In this document: in pieces, positions 19,338 to 30,476 of the stretch | Position numbering within the stretch: position 1 is the stretch's first letter | How the letters are laid out: every line of letters starts with the position of its first letter | Assembly (NCBI RefSeq): GCF_001457595.1 | Contig: NZ_LN831039.1 | Location: 120,001-152,000, forward strand | Source of the DNA: Mycolicibacterium smegmatis | GTDB lineage: Bacteria; Actinomycetota; Actinomycetes; Mycobacteriales; Mycobacteriaceae | Reading direction: 5' to 3' | DNA length: 32,000 nt | Made by a program: the position numbers and the translations under genes | Notes under the pieces: generated by a model | Told to the model about the DNA's origin: nothing | The model's input: only the letters and a program-made list of their open reading frames with translations | The model's database searches: none

Positions 19338-20569
19338 TTCGTGACCGCGAGGGCCAGGGGCGATTTCTCGCGGCCGAGCTCGGAACGGGCGATGGTGCGC
19401 ATGTGGACCTCGTCGGGCCCGTCGAACAGGCGCATCGCCCGGTGCCACGCGTACAGCCGCGCAAGCGGGAAGTCGTCGCTGACACCGGCCGCACCGTGCA
19501 CCTGGATCGCCCGGTCGAGCACGTTGCACGCCACCTGCGGGGCCACCGACTTGATCTGGGACACCAGCACGTGCGCGGCCTTGTTGCCCTGAAGGTCGAT
19601 GGTCCACGCGGCCTTCTCGCACAGCAGCCGGGCCTGGTCGATCTCGTTGCGCGACTTGGCGATCGCCTCACGCACCACACCCTGCTCGGCCAGCGGCTTG
19701 CCGAACGCCACCCGCTTCTGCACCCGGTCGACCATCAACGTCAGCGCACGCTCGGCCGCACCGATGGCGCGCATGCAGTGGTGGATGCGGCCCGGGCCCA
19801 GCCGGGCCTGGGCGATCGCGAACCCGCTGCCCTCGACGTCGAGCAGGTTCTCCGCGGGCACCCGCACGTCGTTGAACACGATCTCGCAGTGGCCGTGCTG
19901 GTCCTGCCAGCCGAACACCGGCAGCGAGCGCTGGATGTCCACCCCGGGGGTGTCCACGGGCACCAGGATCATCGACTGCTGCTGGTGTGCCGCGGCATCA
20001 GGGTTGGTGCGGCCCATGACGATCAGGATCTTGCAGCGCGGATCGGCGGCCCCGGTGATCCACCACTTGCGGCCGTTGATGACGTAGTGGTCGCCGTCGC
20101 GCAGCATCGTGGTCTCGATGTTGCGGGCGTCGCTGGAGGCCACGGCAGGCTCGGTCATTGCGAACGCGCTGCGGATCTCGCCGGCCAGCAGCGGTTCCAG
20201 CCACTGCTTGCGCTGGGCCTCGTTGGCGAACAGGTGCAGCGTCTCCATGTTCCCCGTGTCGGGGGCCTGGCAGTTGAGCGCCTCGGGCGCGATCTCCATG
20301 CTCCAGCCGGTGATCTCGGCCAGCGGCGCGTACTCCAGGTTGGTCAGCCCCGACTCCGCGGGCAGGAACAGGTTCCACAGTCCCCGGTCTTTCGCCTTGA
20401 CCTTGAGTTCTTCGACGACGGGCGGAACCGTGTGGTCCTTGGGGCCCTTTTCCTCGCGGTAGGCGTGGTACTCCGCCTCGGCGGGGAACACGAATTCGAC
20501 CATGAAGTCGGTGAGCCGCTTGTGGTAATCAGCCGCCTTGGCGGACATCGCGAAGTCCATGCCCGCCAC
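19334..20569 (-). CDS. fadE2: Acyl-CoA dehydrogenase FadE2
   Basis: 411 aa (GTG 20569; ATG 20560 alternative) MDFAMSAKAADYHKRLTDFM...GRTNPDAAAHQQQSMILVPVDTPG...FGWQDQHGHCEI...; closely matches recalled Rv0154c; ATGA overlap with ptpB. Confidence 0.92.
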   Translation of the reverse strand: MAGMDFAMSAKAADYHKRLTDFMVEFVFPAEAEYHAYREEKGPKDHTVPPVVEELKVKAKDRGLWNLFLPAESGLTNLEYAPLAEITGWSMEIAPEALNCQAPDTGNMETLHLFANEAQRKQWLEPLLAGEIRSAFAMTEPAVASSDARNIETTMLRDGDHYVINGRKWWITGAADPRCKILIVMGRTNPDAAAHQQQSMILVPVDTPGVDIQRSLPVFGWQDQHGHCEIVFNDVRVPAENLLDVEGSGFAIAQARLGPGRIHHCMRAIGAAERALTLMVDRVQKRVAFGKPLAEQGVVREAIAKSRNEIDQARLLCEKAAWTIDLQGNKAAHVLVSQIKSVAPQVACNVLDRAIQVHGAAGVSDDFPLARLYAWHRAMRLFDGPDEVHMRTIARSELGREKSPLALAVTK

Positions 20570-20593
20570 GATATGACACGCGTCAGGTCAGCC

Positions 20594-21793
20594 CTACCGG
20601 GCCAGGGCAAATGCGATCAGACCGGCCAGCGCGGCCAGACCCATCACGGTGCCCGCGACGGCGGACCAGCCCGCGGCGTCGAACGCCAGACCGCCGAGCC
20701 AACCGACGGCGCTGGAGCCGCCGTAGTAGAAGAGGTTGTACAGCGCCGAGGCCTGTGCCTTGCTGTCGCCGGCCTCGGCGCCGACCCAGCCCGACGCGAT
20801 GGCGTGCGCACCGAAGAACCCCGCGGTCGCGATGACCAGGCCCACGAGCACCACGACGGCGTTGGTGCTCATCGTGACGGCGACACCGGCGATCATCGTC
20901 GCGATGGAGACCAGCAGGACCGGTTTGCGGCCGAACCGTGTGGCCTCGGCTCCCGCGCGCGCCGAGGCCCACGTGCCCGCCAGGTACGCCAGGAACACCA
21001 GGCTCACGACGGTCTGCGGCAGGTTGAACGGCGCGGCCGACAGGCGGAATCCCAGGAAGTTGTAGACCGCGACGAATCCGCCCATCAGCAGGAAGCCCTG
21101 GGCGAACAGGGCCAGTTGCCGCGGCGAGCGCAGGTTGGTCAGAAGCCGCCTGCCGAGATCCCGGTGGGTGCGGGCCGGGGTGAACCCCTGCGCGGCCGGG
21201 GCGAGCTTGACGAACGCCAGCGCCGCCATGCCGCACAGCAGCGCGACCGTCAGCACCCCGACGCGCCACCCGGCGAACTCGGCGACCGGGCCCGTCACGA
21301 GCCTGCCTGCCAGCCCGCCGATCGTGGTGCCCGCGACGTAGGTGCCCGCGGCGCGCGCCGCGTGTCCGGCGTTGATCTCCTCGGTCAGGTAGGCCACGGC
21401 CACGGCAGGGACGCCCGCCAGCGCGAGGCCTTCGACGAACCGCCCGCACAACAGCAGCGCGTAGGTGGGGGCGAACGGGACGAGCAGGCCCAGCACCGTC
21501 GCGACGACGACCGAAACGGTGATCACCTGGACGCGGCCGACACGGTCGGCGAGCGCGGCCCAGGGGAGCACGCCGAACGCGAGGCCGATGGTGGCGGCGG
21601 AGATCGCCAGCGCCGCGTGGGCGGCCCCGGTGCCGAGGTCACTCGCGATCAGCGGCAGGACCGCCTGCGGAGAGTACAGCTGCGCGAACGTCGCCACCCC
21701 GGCGCAGAACAGCGCGGCGAGCAGGCGGCGGTAATCGCTCGAGCCGCGGGTGTGTCCTTGCCAGACGGCGGGTTCGGGTTGGGCAGTCACCAC
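20594..21793 (-). CDS. MFS transporter
   Basis: 399 aa, about 12 TM helices; AALADRVGRVQVI motif between TM2/3; GTG start. Confidence 0.9.
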   Translation of the reverse strand: MVTAQPEPAVWQGHTRGSSDYRRLLAALFCAGVATFAQLYSPQAVLPLIASDLGTGAAHAALAISAATIGLAFGVLPWAALADRVGRVQVITVSVVVATVLGLLVPFAPTYALLLCGRFVEGLALAGVPAVAVAYLTEEINAGHAARAAGTYVAGTTIGGLAGRLVTGPVAEFAGWRVGVLTVALLCGMAALAFVKLAPAAQGFTPARTHRDLGRRLLTNLRSPRQLALFAQGFLLMGGFVAVYNFLGFRLSAAPFNLPQTVVSLVFLAYLAGTWASARAGAEATRFGRKPVLLVSIATMIAGVAVTMSTNAVVVLVGLVIATAGFFGAHAIASGWVGAEAGDSKAQASALYNLFYYGGSSAVGWLGGLAFDAAGWSAVAGTVMGLAALAGLIAFALAR

Positions 21794-21836
21794 GCCGACG
21801 TTAAGCAGTCAGAAAAGATGTGTCCAATGCATGAAC

Positions 21837-22718
21837 TCACTCAACATCATGCGTAGTACGTATGACGAACTGCGCGAAGCGCTCCGCGGCCGGGGGCAGC
21901 GGGCGGTCCGCAGGCCACGCGAGCCCCAACTGCCGCTTGGCCGACGCCTGCGCCAGCGCGATGTACTCCGCACCCGGTTCGGCGCGCCCGGCGTGCGGAA
22001 CCGGAACCACGGCGACCCCGAAACCGGCCGCCACCAGACCCTCCATGGTCGGGATCTCCGTCGCCTCGAACACCACGTGCGGCGTGATGCCCGCCTCGGC
22101 GCACAGTTCCTCGGTCAGTTGCCGCAGCCCGAAACCGGGAGCCAGACCCACGAACGGCTCGTCGCCCGCGTCGGCCAATGTGATGCGCGATCGTGACGCC
22201 AACCGGTGACCGCGCGGCACCGCCAGGCACAGCCGCTCGACGTACAGCCCGCGCCACTGGAAACCCTCGGGCCGCGGCGATGTGATCGCCAGATCGACCT
22301 GCCCGCCGGCCAGGCGCTCGAGGAGATCGTGCGCGGCGCCCTGGGTCAGGCTGAACTGCACGTGCGGGGCGTGCGCGCGGAACCGGCGGAGCAGATCGGG
22401 CACGAAGGAGCCGGCCTGCGAATGCAGGAACGCCAACCGCACCAGGCCGGTGTCGGGATCCCGCATCGCCGCGATCCGCTCTGTGGCCGAACGCATTTCG
22501 GTGATCGTGCGGCGTGCGTGCTCCAGCAGGATCTCGCCGTAGGCGTTGAGCTGCAGCCTGCGGTTGACCCGGTCGAACAGCGGCACCCCCACCTCGTCCT
22601 CGAGCCGGGCCAGCGCACGCGACAACGTCGGCTGGCTGATGCCGAGTTCGGCGGCGGCGTCGGTGACATGCTCGGTCTCGGCGAGCACGACGAACCAGCT
22701 CAGCTCGTCGAGGTGCAT
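21837..22718 (-). CDS. LysR-family transcriptional regulator
   Basis: 293 aa MHLDELSWFVVLAETEHVTDAAAELGISQPTLSRALARLEDEVGVPLFDR, classical LysR HTH; 43 nt upstream of the MFS gene on the same strand. Confidence 0.93.
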   Translation of the reverse strand: MHLDELSWFVVLAETEHVTDAAAELGISQPTLSRALARLEDEVGVPLFDRVNRRLQLNAYGEILLEHARRTITEMRSATERIAAMRDPDTGLVRLAFLHSQAGSFVPDLLRRFRAHAPHVQFSLTQGAAHDLLERLAGGQVDLAITSPRPEGFQWRGLYVERLCLAVPRGHRLASRSRITLADAGDEPFVGLAPGFGLRQLTEELCAEAGITPHVVFEATEIPTMEGLVAAGFGVAVVPVPHAGRAEPGAEYIALAQASAKRQLGLAWPADRPLPPAAERFAQFVIRTTHDVE

Positions 22719-22777
22719 ACCGTGACGCTACCGCCCGCTCTGCGGCAAACAGGGCATCGGGACGGCGTTGCTGTGGA

Positions 22778-23428
22778 ATGCTGACCCGCATGTCAGACAA
22801 GGTTCGGGTGGTCGTGGGCGACGACCATCCGATGTTCCGCGAGGGCGTGGTGCGGGCACTGACCTCAAGTGGTGACATCGACGTGGTGGCCGAGGCCGAC
22901 AACGGCGCAGACGCCCTGGAACTCATCAAGGTTCACCGACCCGCGGTCGCGTTGCTGGATTACCGCATGCCCCAACTCGACGGGGCCCAGGTCGCCGCGG
23001 CCGTCGTGCGTGACGAACTGCCCACGCGCGTGCTGCTGGTGTCCGCGCACGACGAGTCCGCGATCGTCTACTCGGCGCTGCAGCAGGGCGCCGCGGGATT
23101 CTTGTCCAAGGAATCGACGCGCAGCGAACTGGTGAGCGCGGTGTTGTCGTGCGCCAAGGGGCGTGACGTGATCACACCGCATCTCGCGGCCGGGCTCGCT
23201 GGCGAGATCCGCCGTCGCAACGAACCCGACGTGCCGGTGCTCAGCCCGCGGGAACGCGAGGTGCTCAACCTCATCGCGCAGGGCCGCAGCATTCCCGCGA
23301 TGGCCAAGGAGCTGTATCTGGCGCCGTCGACGGTGAAGACCCACGTGCAACGGCTCTACGAGAAGCTCGGCGTGAGTGACCGCGCGGCGGCCGTCGCCGA
23401 GGCGATGCGACGGCACCTGCTGGACTGA
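22778..23428 (+). CDS. NarL/LuxR-family response regulator
   Basis: 216 aa (alternative ATG 22790 MSDKVRVVVGDDHPMFREGV...); receiver Asp in ALLDYRMP; C-terminal LSPREREVLNLIAQGRSIPAMAKELYLAPSTVKTHVQRLYEKLGV HTH. Confidence 0.94.
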   Translation: MLTRMSDKVRVVVGDDHPMFREGVVRALTSSGDIDVVAEADNGADALELIKVHRPAVALLDYRMPQLDGAQVAAAVVRDELPTRVLLVSAHDESAIVYSALQQGAAGFLSKESTRSELVSAVLSCAKGRDVITPHLAAGLAGEIRRRNEPDVPVLSPREREVLNLIAQGRSIPAMAKELYLAPSTVKTHVQRLYEKLGVSDRAAAVAEAMRRHLLD

Positions 23429-23443
23429 GGTGCCAGAACAGCG

Positions 23444-24610
23444 ATGATATCGGGCCGGATCGTCGAATTCTTTGCCTCACAACCTGTCCGGGTATCGGCC
23501 GTCCTGCGGTTGCCGCTCATCGGGTTGATCTTCGTGCTGGTCATGGTGTGGGAGGTCGACCACTGGTTGCCGGGGTTGTACGCGGTGATCCTGGGCCTGT
23601 ATGCCGCCGCTGCCGTGCTGTGGCTGGTGGTCGTGATACGCGGGCCCATGCCGCGCTGGGCCGAATGGGCGTCCACGGCCGTCGACGGCCTGGTGCTGCT
23701 GGCGTTGTGCGCGGTGTCCGGCGGCGCCACCGCGGCCCTGCTGCCGGTGTTCTTCCTGCTGCCGATATCCGTTGCGTTCCAAGACCGTCCGTTGTTGACG
23801 GCGATGCTCGGCACGGCCACCGCGACGGGCTATCTGGGCGCGTGGATCTTCTACTCGAAACGTGACGACACCGTCGGGCTGCCCAACGTCGTCTACATGC
23901 AGGTGGGATTTCTGCTGTGGCTCGCGGTGGCCACCACGGCGTTGTCGCTCGTGCTGGTGCGCCGTTCGGCGCGCGTGCGTGCGCTGCTCGACGTGCGCCG
24001 CCGCCTGGTGCAGGAATCCGCGCGCGCCGACGAACTGCGCGATGCCGAACTGGCCGAGGCGCTGCACGACGGCCCGCTGCAGACCCTGCTGGCCGCGCGC
24101 CTGGAGCTCGACGAACTCCGCGAACGCAATCCCGATCCGGCGCTGGACGTCGTGCACGCCGCGTTGCAGCAGACCGCGACCGGGCTGCGCTCCACCGTGA
24201 CGGCGCTGCACCCGCAGGTGTTGGCACAGCTGGGGCTCGCACCTGCTGTCCGGGAACTGTTGCGACAGTACGAGAATCGCGGCGATCTGGTGATCCGCGC
24301 GAACATCGCCGATGTCGGGCAACCGGAGGCGCAGGCGCTGTTGTACCGCGCGGCCCGCGAGTTGCTGGCCAACGTGCACAAACACGCGCGCGCCGCGACA
24401 GTGACGGTGCGCTTGTTCCGGCAGGGCGAGCGCACGGTGCTGACCGTCGTCGACGACGGCGTCGGGTTCGACCCCGACATCGTCGCGCAGTCGGTGGCCG
24501 AGGGCCACATCGGCCTGGCGTCGCTGCAGGTGCGCATCGAGGCCATGGGTGGTGCCATGACCATCAGTTCCGAGGAGGGATTCGGCACGCAGGTGACGGT
24601 GATCCTCTAG
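23444..24610 (+). CDS. Sensor histidine kinase, HisKA_3/NarX-like, with N-terminal multi-TM sensor
   Basis: 388 aa; several N-terminal TM helices; EALHDGPLQTLLAARLELDEL phosphoacceptor; ATPase YRAARELLANVHKHARA...VDDGVGFDPD...GHIGLASLQVRIEAMGG; 15 nt after the response regulator stop. Confidence 0.92.
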   Translation: MISGRIVEFFASQPVRVSAVLRLPLIGLIFVLVMVWEVDHWLPGLYAVILGLYAAAAVLWLVVVIRGPMPRWAEWASTAVDGLVLLALCAVSGGATAALLPVFFLLPISVAFQDRPLLTAMLGTATATGYLGAWIFYSKRDDTVGLPNVVYMQVGFLLWLAVATTALSLVLVRRSARVRALLDVRRRLVQESARADELRDAELAEALHDGPLQTLLAARLELDELRERNPDPALDVVHAALQQTATGLRSTVTALHPQVLAQLGLAPAVRELLRQYENRGDLVIRANIADVGQPEAQALLYRAARELLANVHKHARAATVTVRLFRQGERTVLTVVDDGVGFDPDIVAQSVAEGHIGLASLQVRIEAMGGAMTISSEEGFGTQVTVIL

Positions 24611-24619
24611 GGGCTCAGT

Positions 24620-26227
24620 TCATTTCACGCACGGGATGCCCGAGGCGGTCATCTGGCTCAGGTCTGTGGGCGCAGGTGTGTAGGTGCCCGTGGCGGTCGC
24701 GGCCACCGTGGTGATGGGTGTGAGTTCGGCCGTCTCGGAGGGTCCGTAGCTCTCGGATTCGCTCGCCCCCGAGGTGGTGCTGGTGAACATATCGGCCCCC
24801 AGGTAGTCCGTGCCGGGGAAGTCGGTACCGATCGTCAACCGCACCGTGTCGGCCAGTACCCAGTCGGAAGGGGTTGCGGTGACACCCAGTTCGGTCGCGA
24901 GTGAGTGCGCGGCGGCGTCGGCGCCGGGACCGTAGTCGATGGTGGTGGCCGGCTCGAGTGCCTCGGCGTCGCCGATCTGCCCTTCGGTGAAGTTGTCGGC
25001 GGCGAACGTGGTCTGGAGTTTGGCGGCCAGCCCGGTGTAGGTGGAACCGTTGATGACGTCGAGCGTCGCGCCGTGCCCGTTGAGTTCGGGCTTGTCCGGC
25101 GTCGCGGTCGTGGTGGCCGGATCGTCCTTGCTCACCAGGTCGTGCACGATCTTGCGGATCGTCGGCACGTCGATGATGTTGATGTCCTCGCCGTAGGCGT
25201 TCTGGCCGAACTCCTTGATGGGCAGTGTGTAGAGCGTCGGTGGTGCGTCGGTGAGTGCGGACGCCCGTTTGGTGAAGCTCGCGAGGTCGAACCCGGCGTC
25301 GAGCGCCACGTTCTGCTTGGTGACGTCGAGCAGGCCGCGCAGCTTCGACGGGCTGCTCAGCGCGCCGCTCTGTCTGAGCGCCGAGACCAGCGCCGCGAGG
25401 AACGCCTGCTGCCTGCGGGTGCGGTCCAGGTCGGTGAAGTTCTCGTCGTTGATGTCGCGGCGCTGCCGCACGAACGCCATGGCCTGCGCGGCATCGATCT
25501 GCTGTACGCCCTTGCGGAAATCGGCGCCCGAATACGGATCCGACGTGTCGTCGTTGAGGCATACGGTGATCGGCGCGACGGCCTTGGCGATCTCGAAGAA
25601 CGCGCCGAGGGTGACCTCGACGAAATGGTCGATGGGGATTCCCAGCAGGTTCCGCACCGTGGCGATCTCGGCTTTGCGTCCGGCCTCGCGGGCCTTCTGT
25701 TCGCGGGTCGCGGGATCCTCCTCCTCGGACTCGGTGGCCTCCATCTCGGCCTGGTAGGCGAATCCGTAGGCCTGCTTGACCTTGCCCTTGCAGATCCCCG
25801 AAGGACACCCGGCGAGGTCCACATAGTCGTCGCGGGGGATGGAGAACGCGGTCGCGGGACCGCCGTCGCCGGGCAGGTGCACCACGATCAGCACGTTGGC
25901 GTTGTAACCGCCGACCGTCTCGTCCCCGGCGTGCAGGGCCTGGTAGACGTCCTCGGGCAGCGGGTTGCCGTGCTGGTCCAGGCGGCTGTCGAGTCCCATG
26001 ATGAGGATGTTCTCGGTGTCACCGACCGATCCCGATTCGCCCGCGAGCGCGTTGGACGTCGTGATGCCGTCGAGTGCGCCGTGGTAGGTCACCCAGCCCA
26101 TGCCGGTGCCGGCCAGGATCGCGGCGGCGGTCAGCCCGACGAGGGCTCTACGCGCAAGCCGCACCGCACGTCGGGGCGTACGGCGCCTGGGCTTGGTCAG
26201 CGCATGGGCAGGTGAGTTCATGATCAA
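24620..26227 (-). CDS. LytR-CpsA-Psr (LCP) family cell-wall ligase with C-terminal LytR_C domain
   Basis: 535 aa; single N-terminal TM; NILIMGLDSR, FSIPRDDYVDL, DLDRTRRQQAFLAAL LCP motifs; C-terminal LDVINGSTYTGLAAKLQTTF... Confidence 0.9.
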   Translation of the reverse strand: MIMNSPAHALTKPRRRTPRRAVRLARRALVGLTAAAILAGTGMGWVTYHGALDGITTSNALAGESGSVGDTENILIMGLDSRLDQHGNPLPEDVYQALHAGDETVGGYNANVLIVVHLPGDGGPATAFSIPRDDYVDLAGCPSGICKGKVKQAYGFAYQAEMEATESEEEDPATREQKAREAGRKAEIATVRNLLGIPIDHFVEVTLGAFFEIAKAVAPITVCLNDDTSDPYSGADFRKGVQQIDAAQAMAFVRQRRDINDENFTDLDRTRRQQAFLAALVSALRQSGALSSPSKLRGLLDVTKQNVALDAGFDLASFTKRASALTDAPPTLYTLPIKEFGQNAYGEDINIIDVPTIRKIVHDLVSKDDPATTTATPDKPELNGHGATLDVINGSTYTGLAAKLQTTFAADNFTEGQIGDAEALEPATTIDYGPGADAAAHSLATELGVTATPSDWVLADTVRLTIGTDFPGTDYLGADMFTSTTSGASESESYGPSETAELTPITTVAATATGTYTPAPTDLSQMTASGIPCVK

Positions 26228-26263
26228 CTGCCATTATGCTGCCGATGGCGTGAAAGTGACTGG

Positions 26264-27403
26264 TCAGGTACCCAAACCGCGCGAGATGACCAGCCGCTGG
26301 ATCTGATTTGTGCCCTCGAAGATCTGGGTGATCTTTGCTTCGCGCATGTAGCGCTCGACGCGGAAGTCGCGTGTGTAGCCGACCCCGCCGAGAACCTGCA
26401 CGGCGTCGGTCGTGACCTTCATGGCCGCGTCGGTGGCGACCAGCTTGGCGACGCTGGCTTGACTCGAGTACGGCAGCCCGGCGTCGCGTCGGCGCGCGGC
26501 GTCCAGATAGGTGGCGCGCGCGCTGACGACAGCGGCGGCCATGTCGGCGAGCAGGAACCCTAATCCCTGGTGGTCGATGATCTTTCGGCCGAACGTGGTG
26601 CGCTCGTGGGCGTAGCGCACGGCCTCGTCCAGTGCGGCCTGGGCGATGCCGACGGCCACCGCGGCGATGCCGAGGCGCCCTGAGTCCAGTGCCGAGAACG
26701 CGATCGACAGGCCCTGGCCCTCGGTGCCGATGAGCCGGTCGGCGTCGATACGCGCGTTGTCGTAGAACGCCGAGGTGGTGGGCACGGCGTGCAGGCCCAT
26801 CTTCTCCTCGGGTTTGCCGAAGCTCAGGCCCGGCAGGTCGCCGGGCACCAGGAAGCACGAGACGCCCTTGGAGCCCTCGCCGGTGCGGGCGAACAGCGTG
26901 TAGAAGTCCGCGCGACCGCCGTGGGTGATCCAGGCCTTGGAGCCGTTGAGCACGAAGCCGTCGCCGTCGCGTCTGGCCGCGCACCGCAGCGCTGCCGCGT
27001 CGGACCCGGCCTGCGGTTCGGACAGGCTGTAGGCGCCGATCTGCTCGCCCGAGAGCATGCCGGGCAGCCAGCGCTGCTTCTGCTCGTCGGTGCCGAACGC
27101 CAGCAGCGGGTGCGACGAGAGGCTGTGCACGCTGACCGCGACGGCCACCGCGGCCCAGCGTGCGGCGATCTCCTCCAGGACCTGCAGGTACACCTCGTAC
27201 GGTTGACCGCCGCCACCCCACTGTTCGGGCTGGGGCAGGCTCAACAACCCCGCCGCGCCGAGTTGGGCGAACACCCCTTCGGGATAGGTCTCGTTGCGTT
27301 CATGCTCGTCGACGATCGGGTCGAGCACCTTGTCGGCGACCTCGCGGGTCAGCGCGATCAGGTCACGGGCTTCTTCGGAAGGTAGGAGACGGTCGACCGA
27401 CAT
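26264..27403 (-). CDS. Acyl-CoA dehydrogenase
   Basis: 379 aa; IGAYSLSEPQAGSDAAAL, FGRKIIDHQGLGFLLADMAA, QVLGGVGYTRDFRVERYMREAKITQIFEGTNQIQR. Confidence 0.94.
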   Translation of the reverse strand: MSVDRLLPSEEARDLIALTREVADKVLDPIVDEHERNETYPEGVFAQLGAAGLLSLPQPEQWGGGGQPYEVYLQVLEEIAARWAAVAVAVSVHSLSSHPLLAFGTDEQKQRWLPGMLSGEQIGAYSLSEPQAGSDAAALRCAARRDGDGFVLNGSKAWITHGGRADFYTLFARTGEGSKGVSCFLVPGDLPGLSFGKPEEKMGLHAVPTTSAFYDNARIDADRLIGTEGQGLSIAFSALDSGRLGIAAVAVGIAQAALDEAVRYAHERTTFGRKIIDHQGLGFLLADMAAAVVSARATYLDAARRRDAGLPYSSQASVAKLVATDAAMKVTTDAVQVLGGVGYTRDFRVERYMREAKITQIFEGTNQIQRLVISRGLGT

Positions 27404-27404
27404 G

Positions 27405-28847
<1,443 letters not shown>

Positions 28848-28865
28848 CAGAAAAAGGTTTCCGTT

Positions 28866-30458
28866 CTAGCTGCGGGAGAACATCGCGAGCATGCGACGCG
28901 TCACCGCGAAGCCGCCGAAGACGTTGATACTGGCCAACAGGATGGCCACGAAGGCCAGCGCGGTGATGGCGGTGTTGTGGTGGCCGATCTGCAACAGCGC
29001 ACCGACCACGATGATGCCCGAGATCGCGTTGGTCACCGACATCAGCGGGGTGTGCAGCGCGTGATGGACGTTGCCGATCACGTAGTACCCGATCACGATC
29101 GCCAACGCGAACACCACCAGGTGCACCTGCAGCGCGGCCGGGGACAGCGCGATGAGTGCGAACAGCACCGCCGCCGCGGCGAACGCCACTCCCAGCCGGC
29201 GCCCGGTGGACATCGGCTGCTTTTCTTCCTTGACCGCGGGTGCGGCAGCGGCGGGCTGCGCGGCGGGGGCGGCCGAAACCTGCACCGGGGGTGGGGGCCA
29301 GGTGATCTCGCCGTCGCGCACCACGGTGATCGACCGCTGCACCACATCGTCGAAGTCCAGGACGACCTTGCCGTCCTTCTCCGGGGTCAACAGCTTGAGC
29401 AGGTTCACCAGGTTGGTGCCGTAGAGCTGTGAGGACTGCGCGGGCAGTCGCCCGGCCAGATCGGTGTAGCCGATGATCGTCACGCCGTTGTCGGTCACGA
29501 TGGCCTGGTCCTTGACCGTGCCCTCGACGTTGCCGCCGTTGGCCGCGGCCATGTCCACGATCACGCTGCCGGCCTTCATCGACGCCACCATCTCGGCGGT
29601 GATGATGCGCGGCGCGGGCCGCCCGGGGATCAGCGCCGTGGTGATGATGATGTCGACGTCCTTGCACTGCTCGGCATACAGTGCCGCCTCACGGGCCTTG
29701 TAGTCCTCGCCCATCTCCTTGGCGTAACCGGTCTTGGAGACTTCAGCCACCTCGCCCGAGTCATCCACCGCCAGGTACTCCCCACCCAGGGAGGCCACCT
29801 GATCGGCGACCTCGGGGCGCGGGTCGGTCGCGCGCACGATCGCCCCGAGGCTGCCTGCCGCGCCGATGGCCGCCAATCCGGCGACACCGGCACCGACCAC
29901 CAGCACCTTGGCCGGGGGCACCTTGCCCGCCGCGGTCACCTGCCCGGTGAAGAACCGGCCGAAGGCGTGGGCGGCCTCGACCACCGCGCGGTAACCGGCG
30001 ATGTTGGCCATCGACGACAACACGTCCAGCGACTGCGCCCGCGAGATCCGCGGCACCGCATCCATCGCCAGCACCGTGATGTTGCGTGTACCCAGCTGCT
30101 CCACCAGATCCGGGCGCAGCGCCGGGGAGATCAGACTGATCAGGGTCGCACCGTCACGCAGCGCGGCGATCTCGCCCTCCGATGGTGCGTTGACCTTCAT
30201 CACCACATCGGCCGACCACACCGCATCGGCCGAGCCGATCTGCGCACCGGCATCGGCATACGCCGCATCGGAAAAACTCGCCGCCGCACCCGCACCGGAC
30301 TCCACGACCACCGAGTAACCCAGCTTGAGAATCTGACCCACGGTCTGCGGAGTGGCAGCCACACGGGTCTCCCCAGGTTGGGACTCTCGAGGTATCCCAA
30401 TCATCATCGGCAACGGTCCAATCTGTCGGTCGGCATGGATGAGTGTCGCATCCGTCAC
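28866..30458 (-). CDS. pntA: NAD(P) transhydrogenase subunit alpha (fused PntAa-PntAb)
   Basis: 530 aa; [53 protein letters not shown], then Ala/Pro linker and C-terminal TM domain [58 protein letters not shown]. Alternative start at 30407 (MIGIPRE). Confidence 0.95.
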   Translation of the reverse strand: MTDATLIHADRQIGPLPMMIGIPRESQPGETRVAATPQTVGQILKLGYSVVVESGAGAAASFSDAAYADAGAQIGSADAVWSADVVMKVNAPSEGEIAALRDGATLISLISPALRPDLVEQLGTRNITVLAMDAVPRISRAQSLDVLSSMANIAGYRAVVEAAHAFGRFFTGQVTAAGKVPPAKVLVVGAGVAGLAAIGAAGSLGAIVRATDPRPEVADQVASLGGEYLAVDDSGEVAEVSKTGYAKEMGEDYKAREAALYAEQCKDVDIIITTALIPGRPAPRIITAEMVASMKAGSVIVDMAAANGGNVEGTVKDQAIVTDNGVTIIGYTDLAGRLPAQSSQLYGTNLVNLLKLLTPEKDGKVVLDFDDVVQRSITVVRDGEITWPPPPVQVSAAPAAQPAAAAPAVKEEKQPMSTGRRLGVAFAAAAVLFALIALSPAALQVHLVVFALAIVIGYYVIGNVHHALHTPLMSVTNAISGIIVVGALLQIGHHNTAITALAFVAILLASINVFGGFAVTRRMLAMFSRS

Positions 30459-30476
30459 AACGTCCGGAGCGGTCGC

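Noticed and set aside
19403-21856. 817-aa plus-strand ORF antisense to fadE2 and the MFS gene
   Set aside because: His/Arg/Asp/Gly-rich composition typical of shadow frames in high-GC DNA; the opposite strand encodes well-recognised families.
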